Shown: positions 1 through 10,155 of the stretch, piece by piece
How positions within the stretch are numbered: the first letter of the stretch is position 1
How the letters are laid out: each line of letters begins with the position of its first letter
Origin: Azolla caroliniana
Taxonomy: Eukaryota; Plantae; Polypodiophyta
Length of the DNA stretch: 64,000 nucleotides
NCBI GenBank assembly: GCA_043228905.1
Contig: JBHGNT010000004.1
Span: 24,800,001 to 24,864,000 of the forward strand
Reading direction: 5' to 3'
The notes under the pieces: model-generated
Database searches by the model: none
Seen by the model: the letters and a program-made list of their open reading frames with translations, nothing else
Told to the model about the DNA's origin: nothing
Position numbers and translations under genes: made by a program

Positions 1-568
1 TTGTGGAAAATATAAGCCTAAATATTTAGAGTGCAAAGATGTTATTTTTTCCTTGATACACATTGATGCATATGTGTGATTACACTATGAATAGCTTTAA
101 CAATCAACCATCTACAACCACATGCCATTCTCATTTATAACATATCTATATCTCAAGCTCTTCAGCGGAAAAACTAATAAAAATCCCTCAAAAACGTTTG
201 CCACTTACAGATGATACACTTTTTGCTAACACTAAATATGGATGTAAATTCTTCACGTGTAAACCATTGTACAGCCCCAAAACATAGCATGACTGTGGAA
301 CCATGGTAACATTACAAACATTAATGGGAATATGATAAACAACATATTCCAATAGACAATCACAAAACTTCCCTCTGATGGAACAAGATAAACACCCAAA
401 TATGTTGGACATCAATGTAATTAGCAAAAAGATAAGTGAGAAACATAAATAAGAGCATAGGATGGGCTACAAAAAGCCTACCACCCTAGTGAAGTCTAAT
501 GATGGTTTTCATATGCCCTCCCATGTAGCCTTACAATTTTGAATTGTTCAAATCAGCACCTCCAGTTA

Positions 569-730
569 CACACATTTACCATTCAACAATCCAATTTCCC
601 CAAGAAGTGGATCCAACTCCTAAACAATAAAAATGTAGGCCATTGAAATTTTTCACACATTTACCAATCAATGCCTCCAATTTCCCCAAGATTTCGATCT
701 GATTCCTAACCAACAATGTTGGTCTTCAAT
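569..730. repeat. Degenerate ~85-bp tandem duplication
   Basis: CACACATTTACCA.TCAA...TCCAATTTCCCCAAGA occurs at ~569 and ~654. Confidence 0.6.
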
Positions 731-1845
731 ATCACACTACCATGTCCTCAATGTTCCTTCTATTTATAACAGTTGGCAAATTGCAGGGCAACACATAAGT
801 AGGAGGTTGAAGAGTGGAATAGAGGAGAAGAGTCAGGAGAATCATCCTAAGTGCAGATGAAAGGAAACTGAAATCGTTGGATGTGCTCTTTCCTGACAAA
901 GAATGCAAAGGTATTCTTACGAATTAACTAGTGGGAAATAGTCTATTAGAAAGCTTTAATTATATGCATTGGACTTAACATATGACAGGCGTTAATTAAC
1001 CTGACAAAATATCAAGGTAAAAAAAATCGAAAGGAATCAAGGTGTGGAAGCAATCAAATTAATCAACAAACAGCTGTAACTGTGAAGAATATAATGCTTC
1101 CCATAAAAATAAAAATCTTCAATAAATCAAAATTGTGAGAATGAGAGCAGAGTCGTTGTGAAGGAAAATAGAGGCAGTCATCCTAACCACAATTTGCATT
1201 TTTTCTCCAAACAAAAAACAAACCCCACAACACTTTCAGTTTTCCGAAAGGGCATATCAAAACTTGTAAGGTATTTTCAACAGCAAACTTGGCGTGTGCC
1301 TACATCTTACTTTTTCATTAGCTATAACAGACAGAAAAGGGCAGATTTGCTATTGTGTATTAATCACAAATTGGAATATATTTGATAAAACAAATACATA
1401 TAGATGAGATCACCAAAACACCATCACAGAGCAAATAGAATTGATTGGGGGTCATTTGAGGAGCACCCGATGACAATTACGTGAGCAGCACTTGACAACT
1501 CGATTGGTGGTATTAATAATAGTGGTAATGAATTTAGCCACTCAATATAGATGTTGCTTCTCTCATCCTTTCCTGGCTTGCTCATGATGCCCATGTAAAT
1601 GTAAGGTTATATCCTTCAAATCACTATGAGCAAAGCCAGCAAAAATTAGAAATGAAGAGGAATTTTGTGAGCATATATATATATATATCATATTGAAAGA
1701 AACTTAAAAACTTCCTGTAATGATTTCTGAGCTCTTCTCACAGCACTTCGGGAGAGGTTTTATAACCTTCTGAACTTGGTCCACTTCTGTATTACATTTA
1801 CATGGATGACTTCAAAAAACAGAAAAGCTGTTTTTTACATACCTA

Positions 1846-4800
1846 TTATTCTCCTAGAATTTCATATATTACATTGAATCAAAACCATGTGATTGGTTAT
1901 CTCACAAAGTTCACATCGCCTATCAACAAAAACTACACATTTCATTCACATCACCTCCAAGTAGCACAGCATCATTTGCCAGTGCATCTGCTTGGGTATT
2001 ATATTCCTGCAGAGTACATGAAAATTTATTTGTTCACAGTTCATCACAAAAAACGAGGATGTAATTTTACATCTTTCTTCAAACCTCTTACCCTTTTGAC
2101 GTGTGCTATGGAAAACTCTTCAAACAATTTCTCTAGTCTTTTTACTTCCTGGAAGAGTGGGATAATTTTCTCATTCTCCACCTTCCAAGCACCAGTAACC
2201 TACAACATAGCATGAATATTGTCTCTCATGGTAAAGATGATCCGTGATTGATATGTAGGGGGGGAACTTCATAACCCCTGAATTTTTGTTATTTTCCCAA
2301 GAGCCCTTGAAATAGTGAAAAACTCAGGTATAATTATTCTTTCAGTGATTTACCGAGGTATTTAAGGAAATAACAAAAACTCAGGTGTAGAGATATAGGT
2401 TCCTCAATCTCATGTGCAATATCTCACACAGTAAAGATAGCCGGGGCAACCAGAAATGTTTTTATTGCTCATCCTGACCACATAAGTAAGTTTTTTTGTT
2501 AGGAATATATATATACCTGAAGGCAAACAAGCTTTGAGTCACCTAGGGCTTTGACCCTCCGAACACCTTTTGATAAAGCAGCATTCAGCCCCAGAATGAG
2601 GGAACAATATTCTGCCACATTGTTGGTTTTGTGACCTAGAAATTGTATCACTTCAACAACCTAGAAAGCACAACGGTTTCGATGAATCTATACATTCATG
2701 GATCATTTTGTCAAGTACAGAGTATCCCTGTATATAGATTACCAGATAGATAACCTACCACACTGCCATGAGGACATCGAATCAATGCCCCTGCACCTGC
2801 TCTACCTGGATTGCCTTTGGATGCCCCGTCAAATTCTATTTGATATACACCTTCAACATTATGCTCAACATCCTGAAAGATGATAGTTTTTATCCTGAGA
2901 TACATAATTTGATACATATTATGTTAAATAGTAGATACATATCCACATATGGTGCAGAAACCGTATGAAATTGTTTTGGTCCAACTTATTTTCATTAGTC
3001 GAATATTAAGAAAGAAAGAAAACAAAAACTCCTCCCTCACTGCAGGCTCAGAATTGACTATAAAAGCGCAACTGAAAACTTTACGCCTAGTTTTGTTCCA
3101 ATATGCAATCTCTGTGTCTTCTATTAGAAAACTTGCACCTTAAACCATTCCCCAACAAGTATTATATATGTATTGTGCAATGAATACATACACATGGTGA
3201 ATGAGAGAAAGGTTAGATTTTGTAAACAAAATCAAAGGATTAAAACAATATAAAAGCTAGACTAGAAGCAGAAACCTAGGCTATACAAACTATTATCTCA
3301 AAAACTTCATCTACCATATGAACTGTATCCTGCTAATTTTGCATCAAGATCGAGATTTTATTTGCTACCAAGATAAAAATATCTAAAAATAGGAATGATG
3401 TTCAGACACAGCATTTCGTACTACGAAATTGATGGTGGTTAATATACAGAACACAGGAAACCTTGACTTACCAGGAGAAACTCTCAAACCAGAAGATGAA
3501 TAGCCTCCAAAAATTAGTCAACAATGCCTAAATGCATCTCCACTTCCATATACAATTTATATGCAGATAGAAATCATGCTAATATTTCCATTCATTTTAC
3601 AAAACCCAGTCTATATATTTTCCAGCAAAACAAAACTCTAAAACCACTAAACATTTTTCATGACACTGTTTCATAATGAGATAGTGTGAATAGAAAATTA
3701 ACATCTCATCTCATGAAAGCATATGATAATTAGTAGAAAATAGATTAGAAATCAATAATTTGGCATGAGTAGGATTTTGATATATGAACTTGCAAGAGCA
3801 TGAGCATGACTTGAGCTGCCAATCCAGAATTGTCTAGATCCCTACCACCTTTCTTGGCCATACCTGTCCCATTCATGGAGAAATATTCATCATCTTCCTT
3901 TTCTTTCTTGAAATTTCTATGTTTAAGACGTCATAAATGCAGAATTACCATTTGATAAGACGTTGACATACTAAACAAGGGCATTTTTTCTCCATTCAAA
4001 CAAGAACACTATGAATAGGTTTGATAAGTTACAATTTAAGTTAAACTGGTAGCAAGTTCCATACTTGTTCAGCAGTAGAAGCTAAGCCTTGCTCCATTCT
4101 AAACTCTGAACATGTATTGCCCAGGTCTCTATGGATCTCTTTCATGCCCTCGTTGAAATAGGGCTCTAAGAAGATTTCCAATTCATCCTCATCTTTGAAG
4201 TACACAAACTCGTCATCTTCTGCCAATATCTTCATCATGTTCAAGTATCAGTTTCGTGACTCCATTACTTTCAAGCAGAAAACAGCTCTCTTTAAACCAA
4301 GGAAATGAAGTAAAGAAAGTTTTATGTTGATAAAAACCAGCTACAATTCTCGATTGGTTTTTGGTCTACATTTACTATCATCATCAGCTGATTCGAAAAG
4401 AGGGATGTATACTAGAGGAATCAACTGCTCCATTTCAAAACACCAATTAGCACAAGACAATGGTCTATGCTAGAATGCGCCATTACTGGAAGGTATATTA
4501 TCTTTATACTGTGTTTTCTCAAGATTGATGACAATGGCTGTGTATTCCGTTAACAATAACTTTCAATTTTAACTGTGCTATTTTATCAAGATCCTAGGTG
4601 AGGCTCACCTCAAAGATTTAACATGCCAAAAATGAGCCTGATTATCATGCTTTACTGTTTACTATGTATGTATCAACAATATGGAAACACGGTACCTTTC
4701 TCTCTAGCATTCCACTAAACTTCAAATTTGCTTTCAGCTCCTGAGTATCATGATCTTCTTTAGGAGCCTTGAAATCTTCATCTAGATGGTTAGAGTGAGC

Positions 4801-7800
4801 CAATGACTTGAAGTATAAATCAAAATCCTTTAGAGAATTGAAAGCAAAAAACTGTTCTCCATTTTCTTCCACCAACTGCACTAAAAGACAGTTCGTCTTA
4901 CTTCAATCAGATTTTTCATGTGGAAACGAAAAATATCTAGGCAACAGCTCTAACATGATCCTGAGTTTTTCTACATTTACCCAAATGTCCCTACATTTTC
5001 ATTACCTCCCCAAATGTTGTTGGTCAACCCCAATCTTGAGCAATTACATAATCAACTAATTCCATCCCTTTTTCTCGATTGTATCTGTTATTTGGGTATT
5101 TATCCAGTCAACTGATCTCTTTGTTTCTCAATTTTAGGGGTTGACTAGTGGAATTTGGGAAATAATGAAAATTCATGGACTTTGGGAGAAATAAATAACT
5201 AAAACTCAGATACGCTTTATTATCACATTGCGAAGATGCTACTAATTTGAGGTTTTTATTTAATAGTACCTTTACAAGGTTTGAACGATCCACAGCAGAT
5301 AACTTTGAAGGTAGGCTAGATTCTTTCTTGGGTGTCATGATTTTATCAACGAACTGCTGTTGAGAAACTTCTTTAAAATTTGTGGTTTTAGGCCTTACAT
5401 TTCTAACATCTTTCTTCACAAAAGTTTCCTTCTCTTGAGGAGCAGCACCTTGGCAATCTGTTGAATTTTGGTAAACATAATTTTCTGCTTCCGCACGAGT
5501 AGAAAAGGATTTATATTCATTTCCAGGAAATCTAGTAACCTACAGAATCAATGCGCATTTATGAAATTATCATTCCATAGTTCAGAAAAATAAACATTCC
5601 AACTCAATATAAGACCATCAAAAAGACTACTTCATTTCATTTTATCTATAGAATACGTATTCTAAGTATCTAAAAGAAAAAGATAGAATGCTTTTAGACT
5701 ACTTCGCATACATATTCTACATGTATTGTATGCTAAGTATTCTACAACTACATATGCGCTATCCTCGTTAAATGATCCATATATAGTATCTCACCCTCAA
5801 CTTATACCTGCCATTTAGAAATTTAAATATCTGCATTTTTGTATTTCCCTGTTGAAAGAGCCCACACCTCTAGCATTGGTCATGGGTTGCAAAAAATAAC
5901 AAGGTCTTTTCTACATTTGGTTATTTTCTTCCATGATATTATATGGCTCATATTAGCTAACCAGAAAATAGGAAAGTTGTCAGTACAGCTAAAGTTGTTG
6001 GGTCAACTAAGGGAAATTACAACCATCAGCTTTTCGAGTCTTATACTGCAACCTCAGATTTGTCGAAGGTGGTGTCCTGTCCTTTGCAGGATCCAAGTAA
6101 TCATCAGAGGCAGGGAAGGAGAAAAACAGAACCAGGCATCAGAAAAGGTTGTCATAGGATACCTCTCTCCTCTTTTTAACATATCCAAAGTAGCAATGGA
6201 ATGTGGACAAATTTAAGGAGAATGGAAGAGGTGGAGCAACAGAATAATAAAAAACTTTTACAGAAGCTCAGAGGAGGATTCTGCTGTTAGCCGAGTGACA
6301 AAGCACATCAGAGGCTGGTAGATCATGTTCACCATGAAATCATGAAATGAGATCTTTATTCTCCCTCCAGGGGGAACTTAATACATGCATACAAATGTTA
6401 GAGAGAGATCCAGAGGACAACTGCAGGTTTGGGAGGAATGCTTCTGTGTAGTGCCAATGATCTAGTAACAGTCTATGTAGCTTATTATTCTGCAATGTTA
6501 TGGATTGAATCTTGTGAATCTTTGGATGCATAGCTTTTTGAAGAGATATATGTAGATCCAACTTAACTTTCACAAGCATGTGTCACTTACCCTACGTTAC
6601 TCCCCTACTAAAGGATCATGATATACAAGGGAAAACAATGACAATCTCAAAGGCAAAAGAGAGATAGACAGTTTCCGTACATACTTTGTACGAGAGCATC
6701 ATGGGATACTCCAATCCAACCTCCAGGTGAAGTTTTCCTTACATGAATGAGAACCTACACATGATGCACTTGGTACCACAGGAACCTTTACCCTAGTCTT
6801 AAGCCACTAATTGGACTATTTCCCTTTTCTTCGGTTGTATGGACCACTGCATTGAGCCCTTTAATGAACCAGTCAGTCACTTGTGCAAAGGACAGCCACA
6901 TGTCTTCTTCTACCTTTTGTCTCATGCTCCTCATTTTGGATGGGTATCCTTCTACATCCTCATGCAACCATACGCAATTAGCAAAATCACATTTTCCTTT
7001 ATTCTTTCACATTCTCAATAGCACCATACTAGAAGGTCACCAAGGGCAGCCCACCATGTCAACTATACACACTATCATGTCTATCTACAATTCAGGGGCG
7101 TTACATCAACTAAGTTGTGGTCCGCCTAAGTTTGTAACAAATTATTATATATGGTACATATCGGAACAGCATGAAACCTTCAAAAATAAAGTGTCACTAC
7201 ATTTGGCACATGAAATCTGATATTGAGCTCTATGGATACTTTGAACTATTGGTAATGAGCATAATTTTGTCCAATTGAATCCCAATATACATTAGTTATT
7301 AGGTTTTCCTAAGACCATTCCTTTATGTTGTCATGTTTCTTACGTCATGGATGGGCATTTTATGCCCCATTTTTTCAATATTCCGAATCTGATATGTTGT
7401 AACTTGTAAATATTTTTTGTGGTTTTCCCCTAACTTTGAGGTTTCCCACCAGGGTCCAGTAATACAATGCATTTCTGAAAACGAGAGTACATGTTTGTAC
7501 GCATGCATATGCATAGTCGTATGCACATGTGTATATTCTACATCTATGTATACACGTATGCATAGGCATAGGCATAGACATATGTATACGTGTATGCATG
7601 TCTGTATGACAAATTAAAACAACTCCAGATGATATTACGTCACCGTCATCATGAAATCAACAATCTTATAATAGGTATATGTGCATGTACATATATGAAC
7701 ATGTACACATACAAAACGATTCCTGGTGAAATTATCTCACCATTCATTTTCAGGTCAGATCTTTATGAACCTAATGTCATATGCAAACAACTCAGAAAAC

Positions 7801-7877
7801 TCAAACCAAGCTAAATAAATTATATTTTGTACTTGGGGATAGGATTATGAATGCCAGGCTCTCTCGACCTCTATCTC

Positions 7878-7935
<58 letters not shown>

Positions 7936-8055
7936 GCTCGATTATAAGAAGAATTTATGATTATCTACCTGTCGTTTGCAATCTTCCCAATCTTCATAGA
8001 CTCCTGGAGTAAAGCCATGCCGAACACCATAGAAGCACGCCTTCCTCTTGGGCAT
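1846..8055 (-). CDS. RNH1: Ribonuclease H1 (N-terminal hybrid-binding domain + plant/archaeal-like RNase HI domain), ~375 aa, 9 coding exons
   Basis: Exons with GT-AG borders and consistent phase: 8055-7969 (MPKRKACFYGVRHGFTPGVYEDWEDCKRQ), 5539-5270 (VTRFPGNEYKSFSTRAEAENYV...), 4875-4696, 4229-4065, 2872-2759 (YQIEFDGASKGNPGRAGAGA), 2660-2517 (TNNVAEY...GDSKLV), 2199-2092, 2006-1955 (EYNTQADALAN), 1853-1846 (stop). Exons 1+2 give a Cauli_VI/HBD motif, and the D-E-D-D catalytic residues are all present. The linker exons and last exon are less certain. Confidence 0.88.
2258..2405. mobile_element. Mutator-like MITE (foldback) in an RNH1 intron
   Basis: CCTGAATTTTTGTTATTTTCCC (2277-2298) is an inverted match of GGAAATAACAAAAACTCAGG (2366-2385). 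Ends are GGGGAAC...GTTCCTC. No clean TSD seen. Confidence 0.55.
4975..5190. mobile_element. Degenerate foldback/MITE in RNH1 intron 2
   Basis: CCCAAATGTCCCTACATTTTCATTACCTCCCCAAATG..GGTCAACCCC (~4980-5031) is inversely similar to GGGGTTGACTAGTGGAATTTGGGAAATAATGAAAATTCATGGACTTTGGG (~5137-5186). Confidence 0.5.
7883..7930. repeat. (CT)n microsatellite in RNH1 intron 1
   Basis: Direct reading. Confidence 0.95.
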
Positions 8056-8136
8056 CTCGATCACTGTCTCTGTATATATATATAAACACATGTATGAAAT
8101 TCATATATATAAACACGGTCATGGATGGATATATCA

Positions 8137-8199
8137 TGTATGTATGTATGTATGTATGTATGTATGTATGTATGTATGTATGTATGTATGTATGTATGT

Positions 8200-8231
<32 letters not shown>

Positions 8232-8300
8232 GTGTATGTATGTATGTATGTATGTATGTATGTATGTATGTATGTATGTATGTATGTATGTATGTATGTA

Positions 8301-8345
<45 letters not shown>

Positions 8346-8365
8346 GTGTGTGTGTGTGTATGTAT
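8137..8365. repeat. Compound (TATG)n/(TG)n microsatellite just upstream of the RNH1 start
   Basis: Direct reading; it generates the spurious YVCM/HTYI ORFs. Confidence 0.95.
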
Positions 8366-8419
8366 GAGTCTATGTATGTGTGTATATGTGCACAATGTTT
8401 TTTGTTGTTGTAGGATATG

Positions 8420-9200
8420 GCACCATTTCTGTAGGAGAATGTGAACCACAATGTTAAATGTCGATTTGTCAAGCAACTAGCCTAGTTGACATCCATGTAG
8501 CCTTCTTCAACTTCATAGAAGATTATGTGATCTGCATTTGTTGATTCCATATTGCATCACTTGCATAGTGCAAGCCAAGCATCTGAACCATCACATAATG
8601 CCCACTTGAATTGGTAAGAAGGTTGACCATGTAGCTAATATCAAGGAGGTTATTTGTTATGCAAATAAGGCTTCTGACCAAATGTTCTCCTTTGGTTACT
8701 AGGACATCAACATACATGTGGATGAACATCACATGTCACACATAGAGGGAGTTGTCCAACGTAAACATGTGGACGTCGATGTCATGTAGGTATTACATTA
8801 TCTTTGAGTGCCACACCCACTTGACTTGCTCGAGGCCATAGAAGGACTTCCACTTGAATCCAAGTGGTTGTTTCATGCACATCTCTTCTTTAAGCTCTCA
8901 TTGGGTCTCATCAAAGTCAAGGCCAAAGGTTTTTGCATAAACCTTGGTGATAAGCTTGTCTTTGTAATGGTTGATGAAGTCGTCAATCTTGTATTCATCT
9001 TTTGGACCTATCAACAATTGATTGCATTCTTGTGTGGCAAATGCACGAAGAGGTTCCACATGCTCTATTGCTACGTCTCTTCATTCAATACTTTTGCCCA
9101 AAGAGAATCGTGGCATACTTTGTTGAAGCTTTCCCTCTTGGGGATGTCTGCAACTTTCATCATGAAATAGTAGTATTCTATCATGTAGTCACATGTAGGA
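8420..9200 (-). mobile_element. Highly decayed Ty1/copia RT-RNase H remnant
   Basis: Minus-strand fragments occur in copia order: ESFNKVCHDSLWAKVLNEE, YKDKLITKVYAKTFGLDFDET (cf. YKARLVAKGYxQxxGxDFxET), EEMCMKQPLGF (cf. EEIYMxQPxGF), SFYGLEQ..VW (cf. SLYGLKQA), MYVDVLVT (cf. YVDD), EGYMDVN*AS (cf. GYxDADWA). Many stops, frameshifts and internal deletions; the element may extend to ~9700. Confidence 0.8.
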
Positions 9201-10155
9201 TGATAAGGGGTAGGAATAAGGAGGAACAAAAGGCCTCCAAATGTGGAAGCCGAGTAGAGAGCCTACGCTTGAGGTGATCGAGCATAGGCTTGCATAGGAA
9301 GCTAAAGATCAAGCATAAGTTGTTGACGTCATCCTTCAACAAGGTATTGTTTGCGTAAGTTGTTGAATTTGCATTTTAACTCGAATAACCCGTCTTGTGT
9401 GTTCAAAGTAGACAATGTCGAAATGTTAGTTGTTGGAAGACAATACTCAATGATTGGGACAACATGTTTGAAGAAAATGTGTTGGTTGAGTTTGTGATCT
9501 CAACATATGCCACCCAATTTGCACTCATTTGGAGGTTATTGTTTGCATGTGGACAAGTTTTTCAATAGAAATATTGTTTCCTTCTTCCCAAGGTCTGAAG
9601 GTCTTTGGAGTGAAATTGCTTCTAACACAATCCCATATAGGTGACTTAAAGTGTTCTAAAGTATTTGGAGTATTTGAAATAGTGTTTTTTCCCCGTCGTC
9701 GTCGTCTCTTCACAAAAAGCTAATGACGGACTAAGAATGGTTGACAAAAAAATCAAAATATGGGAGATATGTAACCCTTACCCATCTTGGAGACACAATC
9801 ATGAGCCACCAAGGGACGGCTAGAAATTTTCAACTGGAATAGCCCAATAGGCCCCTTTTCTTGACATGCTATGAGGCTCCGTGCAAAAAATTAGAGTGAG
9901 TCAAGCCCATCTCACCACAGAGCAACAACAAATGTTTGGATAATCTATCTATTTAGTGGCTTTGCCGTCACCAAGGAAGGAAGCCCTAGGAAGCATCAAA
10001 ACAAGAGAGTATGAAACGATAATTGCTCTTACGCTATGACAATCTCACTAAACTTACAAAAACCAACACAAATTAGTGCAATAATTATAAGACAAATAGA
10101 TACTTTGTGGAAAACTAATGCCATCCTTTACAAAGCAAGCTACTTAGAATAAGGA

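Noticed and set aside
6581-7105. Possible solo LTR in RNH1 intron 1 (TGTCAC...GGGGCGTTACA)
   Set aside because: Termini look LTR-like but the flanks (GCATG / TCAAC) give no TSD and there is no second copy in the window.
7994-8476. ORFs of YVCM/HTYI repeats (also 7323-7617 and 51569-52054)
   Set aside because: Translations of microsatellites.
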